Assembly: GCA_965231055.1 (NCBI GenBank)
Contig: OZ246411.1
Span: 116,711-180,710 of the forward strand
Source of the DNA: an uncultured Candidatus Saccharibacteria bacterium
GTDB taxonomy: Bacteria > Patescibacteriota > CALEFQ01 > G965231055
DNA length: 64,000 nucleotides
Direction of reading: 5' to 3'
A program made the position numbers and the translations under genes. Shown here piece by piece: positions 1 to 7,971 of the stretch (position 1 is its first letter; the number at the start of each line of letters is the position of its first letter). The notes under the pieces were generated by a model that saw nothing but the letters and a program-made list of their open reading frames with translations, did not search any database and had not been told where the DNA came from.

Positions 1-290
1 AAAAAGATTATCCTGGACTAAACCTAAGCTCCATAAGCAATAGCGACTGGGATAAAATCTTGGAAGAAGCGAGACAAATAAGATCAGACGAAGAAAGAGC
101 AGAAAAATACAAAGCTTTTCAAGAGCTTTTCAATAAAGACATTCCCGCAATCTTTATATACAGACCCGAATATGTATTTACTTTTTCAAAGAAAATCAAA
201 GGAATAGATTCTCAATTTATCACAATCCCTTCAGATAGACTCTCTGATATATCTTCTTGGTATATCAAAACAAAAAGAGTAAAAAAATAA
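1..290 (+). CDS. C-terminal fragment of an ABC-transporter solute-binding protein (family 5, oligopeptide-type). The 5' end lies outside the window.
   Basis: The frame is open from position 3 with no stop; the listed ORF starts at an internal TTG. The C-terminal sequence ...DIPAIFIYRPEYVFTFSKKIKGIDSQF... is typical of OppA/DppA-like SBP C-termini. Confidence 0.5.
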   Translation, partial: KDYPGLNLSSISNSDWDKILEEARQIRSDEERAEKYKAFQELFNKDIPAIFIYRPEYVFTFSKKIKGIDSQFITIPSDRLSDISSWYIKTKRVKK

Positions 291-396
291 AATTTTTAAC
301 TTTATAAACAAACATACCTGCAAAAAGCAAGTAAGTAGTTTATAGTTTTAAACATAAACTCAGTTTTAATTATTAAAAAAACTTTAATTCACTAAA

Positions 397-2172
397 ATGG
401 TATTAAGAAAAAAGAGACGCACTGAACCTAAAAACAAATTTAGAGGCAGAAAGAACGTCGACGTAACGAAAACACAAAAATTACCCGATCAACAAGTATT
501 TACCCAACCAAAAATGAGGATAGTTACCGTTGGAGGATGCGAAGAAGTCGGTAGAAATATGACTGTCTTTGAATATGGCAACGATATAGTTATTGTTGAC
601 ATGGGACTTCAATTTCCAGAAGAAGATATGCCAGGAATAGATTATATTGTTCCAAACATTTCTTATCTAAAAGGAAAAGAAGACAATATCAGAGGAGTTA
701 TTATTACTCATGGTCACTATGACCACATAGGAGGTATTCCCATACTCATTCCTAGACTTGGAAATCCTACGATTTACACAACCAAAATGGCCAAAGGAAT
801 CATAGAGAAACGCCAAGAAGATTATCAAGAAAAACTAAAAATTCAGGAAATCGCAGCAGGAGAAAAATTCAGATTAGGCGCATTTGAAATAGAAACAGTT
901 CACATAAACCACAATATTCCTGGAAGCATAGCGGTTGCAATAAAAACTCCAGTAGGTATATTTTTGCACACTGGTGATTATAAATTTGATCACTCCCCTT
1001 CCACAGAACCACCTGCAGATCTAAGAGCTCTTGCGAGACTAGGCACCGAGGGTATCACAGCGCTTCTTGCAGATAGTACATCAACAGATCATGAAGGCTT
1101 TCAGCTTTCAGAACTTGAAATAGGAAAAAACCTAGAACAAGTGGTGCAGAATGCAAATGGCAGAATAATAATCGCAACTTTTGCTTCTCTTATAAGCCGC
1201 GTAAAACAAATCATAGAAATAGCTGAAAAGCACGGAAGATTTGTAGCGATAGATGGGCGAAGTATGCGAACCAATGTGGAAATAGCATACAGACTTGGAT
1301 ATATTAAATTCAGAAAAGGAACATTGATATCCATAAAAGATTCAAACAAACTTCCAAACAACAAAGTAATGATAGTTGCGACAGGTGCACAAGGAGAAGA
1401 TCGAGCGGTACTAGCTAGAATAGCCAACAAAGAACATAAAGAAATCGGAATAGAAAAAGATGATCTTGTTGTATTTTCTTCATCAATCGTTCAGGGAAAT
1501 GAAAGAAGTGTCGCCTACCTCGTTGATACTTTGATGAAACAGGGAGCAAAAGTTTTAAACTACAAAATGCTTGATATTCACGCTGGAGGTCATGCAAGAG
1601 CAGAAGATGCAAAAATTTTGATAAGACTTACAAACCCCAAATTTTTCATCCCCATCCAACAGCATTTTCATGTGCTAAAAGCTCATGCAGATATAGCTGA
1701 AAGCTTGGGAATACTCGTTCAAAACATCTTCATTCCAGAAAATGGAAGTATCTTTGAATTTGAAAAGAATAGCAGAGGTGAAGTAATAGCAAAACGAAAT
1801 CCCAAAAAAGCTCCTTCTGACTACATTATGGTTGACGGACTTGGCGTCGGAGATGTCAGCAATGTCGTACTTAGAGACAGGCAGATGCTCGCAGAAGATG
1901 GTATATTTGTAGCTATCCTAACAGTAGACAAACAAGGGGAACTCACCTGCAATCCACACATTATCTCAAGAGGATTTGTATATCTAGATGAAAACAAACA
2001 GCTCTTGGCAGATACTAGAGATAAAATCAGGGAAGTACTAAAAACCAGAGACAGAAAAGTTTCTCTCAATTCTACTTACATAAAAGGTAAGATAAGAAAT
2101 GAGGTAGGACAATTTCTGTATCAAAAGACCGAGCGCAGACCAATGGTTTTGCCAGTGATTATTGAAGTATAA
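397..2172 (+). CDS. rnj: Ribonuclease J (metallo-beta-lactamase/beta-CASP family)
   Basis: 591 aa with the HGHYDHIGG metallo-beta-lactamase motif. Domain order and length match RNase J. Confidence 0.9.
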   Translation: MVLRKKRRTEPKNKFRGRKNVDVTKTQKLPDQQVFTQPKMRIVTVGGCEEVGRNMTVFEYGNDIVIVDMGLQFPEEDMPGIDYIVPNISYLKGKEDNIRGVIITHGHYDHIGGIPILIPRLGNPTIYTTKMAKGIIEKRQEDYQEKLKIQEIAAGEKFRLGAFEIETVHINHNIPGSIAVAIKTPVGIFLHTGDYKFDHSPSTEPPADLRALARLGTEGITALLADSTSTDHEGFQLSELEIGKNLEQVVQNANGRIIIATFASLISRVKQIIEIAEKHGRFVAIDGRSMRTNVEIAYRLGYIKFRKGTLISIKDSNKLPNNKVMIVATGAQGEDRAVLARIANKEHKEIGIEKDDLVVFSSSIVQGNERSVAYLVDTLMKQGAKVLNYKMLDIHAGGHARAEDAKILIRLTNPKFFIPIQQHFHVLKAHADIAESLGILVQNIFIPENGSIFEFEKNSRGEVIAKRNPKKAPSDYIMVDGLGVGDVSNVVLRDRQMLAEDGIFVAILTVDKQGELTCNPHIISRGFVYLDENKQLLADTRDKIREVLKTRDRKVSLNSTYIKGKIRNEVGQFLYQKTERRPMVLPVIIEV

Positions 2173-2186
2173 CCAACATTCAAAAG

Positions 2187-2264
2187 TCAGCTTTCAGTAT
2201 TCATAAAAATCTACTCAACATCGCCTAAAACAAATGAATACTGATCGCTGAAAACTGAATACTT
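2187..2264. repeat. Family-A intergenic palindromic repeat (core TGAATACTGA-N-ACTGAATAC / GTATTCAG), immediately upstream of trpS
   Basis: Shares the 14-mer gaatactgatcgct with 25246..25262. Related copies at 15335..15450, 17290..17395, 25201..25270 and 39950..40050. Confidence 0.65.
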
Positions 2265-2275
2265 AATCTAAAAAT

Positions 2276-3253
2276 ATGCAAAGACTATTTAGCGGGGCAC
2301 GCCCCACAGGACAACTTCATATCGGAAATTACCTAGGAGCCATAAAAAATTGGGTGGATTTAGTTTCCAAATATGATTCCATCTTTGCAGCCGTTGACTA
2401 TCACGCTATCACCTCCCAGCACGATCCCAAGCAAATCAAGGAAGGTGTAAGAAATCTGGTACTTGATTATCTTTCTGTAGGACTTGATCCAGAAAAATGC
2501 CACATGGTCGTCCAATCAATGATCCCAGAACATACTGAGCTTGCTTGGATTTTGAACACCATCACTCCCCTTTCCGAATTACAAAGAATGCCTACCTTCA
2601 AGGAAAAAATTCAAACCCAACCAAAGGATGTAAACATGGCACTTCTTGATTATCCCGTACTCATGGCAGCGGATATATTGATTTACAAATCTGTTATAGT
2701 GCCAGTAGGTGAAGACCAGGCACCTCACGTAGAATTCACAAGATCACTAGCTAGAAAATTCAACAATCAATTTGGCAAGACATTTATCGAGCCTAAAGAA
2801 TACATTATGAAAACAGGGGCCAAGATAATGTCACTAAAAAGACCAAATGAAAAAATGAGCAAAACTGCCGGAGATGGAATTTTGCTTTCAGATAAACCAG
2901 AAGCTATAAAGAAAAAAGTGATGAGTGCTACCACGGATTCAGGCAAAGAAATCAAAGCAGGCAAAGACAAACCAGGTATTACAAATCTTCTATCTATTTA
3001 TTCCTTGTTTACAAACAAGACTATTGAAGAATCTGAAAAAGATTTTGAAGGTAAGAGCTACGCTGATTTCAAATCAGGTGTAGCTGATGCGATAATTGCA
3101 GGACTAAGGCCAATTCAAGACCTTCGAGCCAAATATGAAAAAGACAAAGGAGCTCTAGACAGGGTACTTGAAGACGGAGTCGCATATGCCAGACCGATAG
3201 CACAACAAACAATAAATGAAGTGAAGGAAAAAGTAGGACTCTGGACGAACTAG
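2276..3253 (+). CDS. trpS: Tryptophanyl-tRNA synthetase
   Basis: 325 aa. The N-terminal HIGH-type motif (TGQLHIGNYLGA) and KMSKT (KMSKS) motif are both present, a class I aaRS of TrpRS size. Confidence 0.9.
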   Translation: MQRLFSGARPTGQLHIGNYLGAIKNWVDLVSKYDSIFAAVDYHAITSQHDPKQIKEGVRNLVLDYLSVGLDPEKCHMVVQSMIPEHTELAWILNTITPLSELQRMPTFKEKIQTQPKDVNMALLDYPVLMAADILIYKSVIVPVGEDQAPHVEFTRSLARKFNNQFGKTFIEPKEYIMKTGAKIMSLKRPNEKMSKTAGDGILLSDKPEAIKKKVMSATTDSGKEIKAGKDKPGITNLLSIYSLFTNKTIEESEKDFEGKSYADFKSGVADAIIAGLRPIQDLRAKYEKDKGALDRVLEDGVAYARPIAQQTINEVKEKVGLWTN

Positions 3254-3320
3254 GTTGTAGGTTAGAGGAATTAGTGGAACTAGATGTATTAGAGGTTTTA
3301 GGTGATAGGTTTTAGGTTTT
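3241..3320. repeat. Family-B repeat copy (tandem GGTTTTAGG units plus TAGAGGTATTAG-like unit) in the trpS 3' region
   Basis: taggttgtaggttagagg...gtattagaggttttaggtgataggttttaggttttag. Confidence 0.55.
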
Positions 3321-3553
3321 AGAAAATTTACGTCATCCCTGCCTGCCGGTCAGGCAGGCCCAACTTGATTGCGCAAGCAAGCTTGATTGGGGACCCAGAA
3401 GTCGTCGTGGTTTAGTATGTAAAGAATACTATTACACTTATAAGCTAATACATATTAGCTTATATCCATTTATACCTCCTAAAATTAATCATATGTGGTG
3501 TCTGGATCCCCGTTTTCACGGGGATGACGACGAGGTATAGTCTGTTTACAAAA

Positions 3554-3582
3554 AGCCAAGCGCATTTCGCTTGTTTTTTTTG
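3554..3582 (+). terminator. Rho-independent terminator closing the trpS 3' region
   Basis: caagcg-cattt-cgcttg hairpin followed by a run of 9 T. Confidence 0.6.
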
Positions 3583-3585
3583 CGA

Positions 3586-3619
3586 ATAAAAAACTGGGTA
3601 CACGTGAATGCGTACCCAG
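3586..3619 (-). terminator. Rho-independent terminator of the 3667..3936 minus-strand gene
   Basis: ctgggtac/gtacccag 8-bp stem followed by T-run on the minus strand. Confidence 0.6.
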
Positions 3620-3666
3620 CAACTTTCAATGAATGAACTAGTCGATTATTTTCACACTTAACAACG

Positions 3667-3936
3667 CTATTTCGGGATGAAGATGTAAAGCAACATAACT
3701 ACGATATGAAATTTGAGCGTGCGAAGTTCAGAGATTATATCTTCGAGATAATCATTCTGAGCCGCGAACAAGCGCAAAAAAGGCTGATCCCTGTTTTGAT
3801 GATCTCTTGCGATGGAATCAACACAAACCACGACATATTCGTTTCGATAAGGTTTGTGTTCGAAAAGATCGCAAATCGCAGATTCCACTCCCAAAACTTG
3901 GTCCTGCGTAAAGCCTAACAATTCGATATAAAACAT
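3667..3936 (-). CDS. Hypothetical small protein (89 aa)
   Basis: Strong RBS (AAAAGGAGGG) 7 nt upstream of the ATG, its own terminator, and a non-repetitive composition. Preferred over the overlapping + strand ORF 3706..3918. Confidence 0.5.
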   Translation of the reverse strand: MFYIELLGFTQDQVLGVESAICDLFEHKPYRNEYVVVCVDSIARDHQNRDQPFLRLFAAQNDYLEDIISELRTLKFHIVVMLLYIFIPK

Positions 3937-4119
3937 CTCGCTACCCTCCTTTTGATGATGCCTTTTTCATAAAAAGCACTATATTATTTTATATAATAAC
4001 TCTTTTTCAATCCTTTGTCAAGAGTCATTAAAAAGCATCTTTGCCTACTCTCCTGTTTTTAGTGTAAAATAAGGCCAGAGACACGATGGAATATCCAAGA
4101 ATACCTATTTGATATTGAA

Positions 4120-5013
4120 ATGAAAAATATTAAGCTAATATACTATTTCATAAAAAGCTCACTGTTTGGGATCAAGCTTCCAATAGGTGTTTCAATAGAT
4201 GTTACAAATAGATGCAACCTGAGATGCGAACACTGCTACTTCTTTCAACAGGATCATAAAACAGAATTAAGCGACAAAGACCTCCTAAAAAGAATTCGCG
4301 AAATAAAAAAACAGTACCCCTCCATTATTCATGCGTCATGGGTTGGCGGAGAACCTTTGCTAAGAAAAAATATAATTGAGGAAGGATCAAAGCTCTTTCC
4401 TTTCAACATGGTAGTAACCAACGGCTCAATAGAACTACCAAAATGGAAAAATTGCGTATTCAATGTTTCAGTAGACGGCACCAAAGAGTATTACGAAAAA
4501 ATCAGAGGTAACAATATCTACGATAAAGTAAAAAAACACGCAGATCGTGATGATATACATGTAAACATAGCCTGCGTTCTTAACAAGAAGAATTACTATA
4601 CAATAGAACCACTCCTCGAAGAATGGAAAAAGACAAAAATAGGGGGAATAAATTTTGATTTTTATACACCGATAAAGGATATAGAAGAAGATTTATGGAT
4701 CAGCTGGGAAGAGCGAGACAAGATCATCGATAAACTAATTACCCTCAAAGAAAAATATAGAGATTTTATTTTGAATAGCAAATCAATACTGGAAATGATG
4801 AAATCCGATAGCTCAAAAAAAATTACCTCACACTGCCCTCTTCCCAAAACCATACTTTGTTTGGATCCAATGGGCCAAATAAAAACTCCGTGTGTAATAG
4901 GAAGCAAGGCAGATTGTCAAAGATGTGGATGCGTAATTCCTTTTCAAATAACATCAGTCCTAATAAACAAACAAGTGGACTCTTTTCATGTTACCAAAAA
5001 ACTATTTTTGTAA
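4120..5013 (+). CDS. Radical SAM protein with a C-terminal Cys-rich SPASM/twitch-like region
   Basis: CNLRCEHCY (CxxxCxxC) radical-SAM cluster motif near the N-terminus. A C-terminal cluster CPLPKTILC...C...CQRCGC resembles auxiliary Fe-S (SPASM/twitch) domains. Confidence 0.8.
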   Translation: MKNIKLIYYFIKSSLFGIKLPIGVSIDVTNRCNLRCEHCYFFQQDHKTELSDKDLLKRIREIKKQYPSIIHASWVGGEPLLRKNIIEEGSKLFPFNMVVTNGSIELPKWKNCVFNVSVDGTKEYYEKIRGNNIYDKVKKHADRDDIHVNIACVLNKKNYYTIEPLLEEWKKTKIGGINFDFYTPIKDIEEDLWISWEERDKIIDKLITLKEKYRDFILNSKSILEMMKSDSSKKITSHCPLPKTILCLDPMGQIKTPCVIGSKADCQRCGCVIPFQITSVLINKQVDSFHVTKKLFL

Positions 5014-5052
5014 AATCAAAAACTCTATGAAACTAAAAATTGTAAAATTGGA
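5009..5052. repeat. Left copy of a ~44-bp direct repeat. It duplicates the dut RBS/start region (aaact-c-tatgaaactaaaaattgtaaaattggatgtcagtatt).
   Basis: About 42/44 identical to 6297..6339. It creates a 16-codon mini-ORF MKLKIVKLDVSIIMTK (5017..5067) that copies the dut N-terminus. Confidence 0.8.
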
Positions 5053-5102
5053 TGTCAGTATTATAATGACTAAATAAAATTACTTTTTTAATACTAAAAC
5101 GC

Positions 5103-6293
5103 ATGGGAGCCGAGCAAATACCACAGATAGATACACAATCAGAGCAGGCACAACTACAAAAAATGCCAGAATCTGTTAAGAACAATAAATTAGAAGTGCC
5201 AGACCATCAAGAAATTGAATATTTGAATTTTACCAGCGACGAAAAAGCCGATGTTCTGCGTAAAATCTCAGAAAAGTTTTCTTCAATTGATAAGGTGGCA
5301 AACGAAGGTCTGATAGATTTCCCGACCACAAAAAAAGAAATTGAAGAATTTATCTTTTTAAACCCCGAACACTTCGGAACCAAAAGACTAGCAGAAGTTG
5401 CCTTGGCAGAAACAGAATTTGCCCCCAAATTGATAAGAGAAATAGCTGACAGAAAAGAGTATAGTCAATTAGAACAAATTTTACAGCAGCATAAAGAAAA
5501 ACCAGTCTTTAAACACTGCGTCGCGCAGATTGAATTGAGTCTAAAAGATGAGGGCATGCAAGAAAGTATACTCATGGCACTATCAGAATCTCTAGCAAAA
5601 GACGACGAAGCGGAAAAAGTTGCTTTTGAAAAATTTTCCGAATTCATGCTGGCAAAACCAGAAAAGGCCTCTAGAGATTTGGCCACTTATTTTGATTTTT
5701 TAGGTATCAGCGAAGTAAATGCTAAAAAATTATTGGACAAAAAAAATCTGCTATTAATTGGAGGAGGAATTGCGCCAATAAAAAATGAGCTACTAGAAAG
5801 AGGCATTGATTGTAGAGTCACAAATATTGAGCCCTTACTAAAAGATAATACAAGGGAAAACTCCGATCAACCCATATCTAAAAACTTCTACGATGTCAGC
5901 GCCGAAGAAATGGGAAAACATGACGAAATATGGTCTGCCAACAACTCCTTGCCAACATACGCCTTCAATCCAGAGCAAGTAAAAGTTTTTTATCAAAAAG
6001 CTCTTGGTGCTATTAATCCAGGTGGCTATTTAAGAGTTATCCCATTTCAAGGTTTTGCAGATTCAATAACGCCATCCATGAGATTAAGCAGACTTCCAAC
6101 TAGCAATGAATCAATTCGACAAGTAGAAGCCCTTCGAAAACGACCCGATCTTTTTGAAGTGGAAGAATTTGAGACACCTCAGCTTAAATCTTTTTTTGGG
6201 AAAAAAAATAAAATGACTGGAGTAAATATCAGAGCCATTGGAACCCAAGAACAAATTAATGCTTTTCTAAAAGACATTTCGGATAAAAAATAG
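5103..6293 (+). CDS. Putative class I SAM-dependent methyltransferase-like protein with an N-terminal acidic domain
   Basis: The C-terminal half has MTase-like motifs: LLLIGGGIAP (motif I-like), RVTNIEP, DEIWSANNSL, INPGGYLRVIP (motif III-like). This is a weak, fold-level call. Confidence 0.5.
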   Translation: MGAEQIPQIDTQSEQAQLQKMPESVKNNKLEVPDHQEIEYLNFTSDEKADVLRKISEKFSSIDKVANEGLIDFPTTKKEIEEFIFLNPEHFGTKRLAEVALAETEFAPKLIREIADRKEYSQLEQILQQHKEKPVFKHCVAQIELSLKDEGMQESILMALSESLAKDDEAEKVAFEKFSEFMLAKPEKASRDLATYFDFLGISEVNAKKLLDKKNLLLIGGGIAPIKNELLERGIDCRVTNIEPLLKDNTRENSDQPISKNFYDVSAEEMGKHDEIWSANNSLPTYAFNPEQVKVFYQKALGAINPGGYLRVIPFQGFADSITPSMRLSRLPTSNESIRQVEALRKRPDLFEVEEFETPQLKSFFGKKNKMTGVNIRAIGTQEQINAFLKDISDKK

Positions 6294-6296
6294 AAT

Positions 6297-6339
6297 AAAC
6301 TATATGAAACTAAAAATTGTAAAATTGGATGCCAGTACT
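6297..6339. repeat. Right copy of the ~44-bp direct repeat, overlapping the genuine dut start
   Basis: See 5009..5052. 29 consecutive identical nt plus flanking matches. Confidence 0.8.
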
Positions 6340-6732
6340 ACTATCCCCAAATACGCTCACCCTGGTGACGCTGGTTTGGATTTGTTTTCCAATACCGACG
6401 AAATCATCAGACCAAATGAATCAAAACTGATCCAAACCGGAATTGCCATAGAATTACCACCACTCACCGAAGCTCAAATCAGACCTCGTAGTGGCCTTGC
6501 TCTGAAAAATCAAATTACTGTATTGAACTCACCAGGCACGATAGACTCTGGCTATAGAGGTGAAATAGGGGTAATATTAATCAATCACTCTACCTCGGAT
6601 TTTGTTGTTAAAAAAGGAATGAAAATCGCCCAAATGGTAATTACCAATTTCATTTCGGTGGATGTAGAAGAAACTAGCGATATGAATAAAACCGCCAGAG
6701 GTGTGGGAGGATTTGGATCAACTGGAAATTAG
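6304..6732 (+). CDS. dut: dUTP diphosphatase (dUTPase)
   Basis: 142 aa with GDAGLDLF, RSGLALK and IDSGYRGEIGVILINHS motifs, the canonical trimeric dUTPase motifs. Confidence 0.9.
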   Translation: MKLKIVKLDASTTIPKYAHPGDAGLDLFSNTDEIIRPNESKLIQTGIAIELPPLTEAQIRPRSGLALKNQITVLNSPGTIDSGYRGEIGVILINHSTSDFVVKKGMKIAQMVITNFISVDVEETSDMNKTARGVGGFGSTGN

Positions 6733-6780
6733 AGGGTCATATAAAATTAAAAAATAGTTTACAAATTAACCAAAACTAAA

Positions 6781-7179
6781 ATGAAAGGATTCAATGCGAA
6801 CATCGAAAAAGAAACTTTGGAAAACACCAATTTTCGCAAGGTTCTCTATACTGGCAAGCATAGCCAGCTAGTTCTTATGTCTCTTAAACCAAAGGAGGAA
6901 ATCGGAATGGAGATTCACAAAGAAAATGATCAATTTTTCCGATTTGAGAAAGGCCAAGGCAAATGCATCATAGATGGCAATGAGTACAGCGTAGAAGATG
7001 GCTCTGCGATAGTAGTTCCAGCAGGAGCTGAGCACAACATCATCAACGTCTCTGAAACCGAGGATCTCAAGCTTTACACCATCTACTCCCCCGCCCACCA
7101 CAAAGACGGTATCGTGAGAACTACAAAAGAAGAAGCCGAAGCCAATGACGAGGAGTTTGATGGAAAAACCACAGAATAA
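6781..7179 (+). CDS. Cupin-domain protein
   Basis: 132 aa. Cupin motif 2 PxGxxHxxxN is present (VVPAGAEHNIIN). It is too short and lacks HxH for a confident acireductone dioxygenase call. Confidence 0.65.
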   Translation: MKGFNANIEKETLENTNFRKVLYTGKHSQLVLMSLKPKEEIGMEIHKENDQFFRFEKGQGKCIIDGNEYSVEDGSAIVVPAGAEHNIINVSETEDLKLYTIYSPAHHKDGIVRTTKEEAEANDEEFDGKTTE

Positions 7180-7184
7180 AAAAA

Positions 7185-7360
7185 GGGACCACCAGCATAG
7201 ATCCCATTGATTCTCACGGTAATGCAAAAGCATTTTTACCCATGTGCGGGCGGTGTGTACAAGACCGAGAGGTCTTATAAAGAGATCAAAAGATCTCACT
7301 TCCGTTCGCTCGCCGCTACTTGGTCCCCGCAATACTGGTGGTGGTAATGAGCTTTTTTTG
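7185..7360 (+). ncRNA. Structured element (candidate ncRNA or 3'UTR structure). It carries reverse complements of universal 16S and 23S rRNA motifs and ends in an intrinsic terminator.
   Basis: Outer stem ccaccag/ctggtgg with T-run at 7353-7359. Internal hairpins AAGACC-gaga-GGTCTT and GAGATC-aaaa-GATCTC. 7239..7266 is the rc of 16S GGYCTTGTACACACCGCCCG.CA..TGGG. 7302..7320 is the rc of 23S AGTAGCGGCGAGCGAACGG. Confidence 0.45.
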
Positions 7361-7441
7361 ACAGTTTTACCCTTCTGCCAAGCTGTTTCAAATATATCAC
7401 GCTTTTGGCAGATTACAAGCCCATAGCTTATCGTAAATAAA

Positions 7442-7470
7442 AGACCGCGCCATTTCTGGTGCGGTTTTTT
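7442..7470 (+). terminator. Rho-independent terminator (second, downstream of the cupin gene/structured element)
   Basis: accgcgcca-tttc-tggtgcggt stem followed by TTTTTT. Confidence 0.6.
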
Positions 7471-7554
7471 GAAGTTAATGTGTGTGAAACAATTTCGTAG
7501 ACGAAATAAATATTATTTCATCTCAATGAAAGAGTCTTGGAATTTAAATATCCA

Positions 7555-7947
7555 TTACAAAATGGATATATTTATTCCGCCATTTTCTTTTATGAAAACT
7601 ATACACGAATTCGGTGTTTCCAAAATATCCTTTGGAGTGTCACCAGATTTAGCAAATAGCTCATTGCCATGTTCACATGCAATAGTTTCAAGAATAGGCT
7701 CTTCAATAGATTCTTCTTGTCTCGAAGGTTTAGCATCAAAAAGCTCTCTCAAATCAGAAACGGGCTCAATGATTTTTTTGACATCGCTAGGTGTAGAGCT
7801 GGGAGAATCATTGATTGGGGGTTTTGTATCAGAACCTCCTTTTGTGAATCTAACCGACAATTCGCTTCCCTGCGAACCACAAACATCAAACTTTTTTATA
7901 TCAGTCACTTTTTTGTCCTCCAGAAATCCTAATGAACGGTTAAACAA
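7555..7947 (-). CDS. Hypothetical protein (130 aa), probably co-transcribed downstream of the MtnA-like gene
   Basis: Hydrophilic, non-repetitive sequence 25 nt downstream of the 7972..9006 gene on the same strand. The overlapping + strand ORFs are Ser/Leu-rich, typical of antisense frames. Confidence 0.4.
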   Translation of the reverse strand: MFNRSLGFLEDKKVTDIKKFDVCGSQGSELSVRFTKGGSDTKPPINDSPSSTPSDVKKIIEPVSDLRELFDAKPSRQEESIEEPILETIACEHGNELFAKSGDTPKDILETPNSCIVFIKENGGINISIL

Positions 7948-7971
7948 ATAATTGTATTTGAATACAAAATA

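Noticed and set aside
1101-2069. Three minus-strand ORFs (1101..1430, 1415..1612, 1821..2069) inside the RNase J gene
   Set aside because: They are antisense to a well-supported conserved CDS. Their composition is Ser/Leu/Cys-rich, typical of antisense frames, and none has an RBS.
6781-7179. Calling the cupin protein acireductone dioxygenase (MtnD), which would complete a methionine-salvage cluster
   Set aside because: At 132 aa it is too short, and it lacks the HxH…E…H metal site of ARD. Only generic cupin motif 2 is present.
7244-7426. 60-aa ORF overlapping the rRNA-motif element
   Set aside because: No RBS, and an Arg/Pro/Gly-rich composition driven by the GC-rich structured sequence. 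Better explained as non-coding.
7469-7951. + strand ORFs 7469..7951 and 7669..7932 overlapping the 130-aa minus-strand ORF
   Set aside because: They are Ser/Leu-rich and low-complexity. The minus-strand frame has a more protein-like composition and an operon context.
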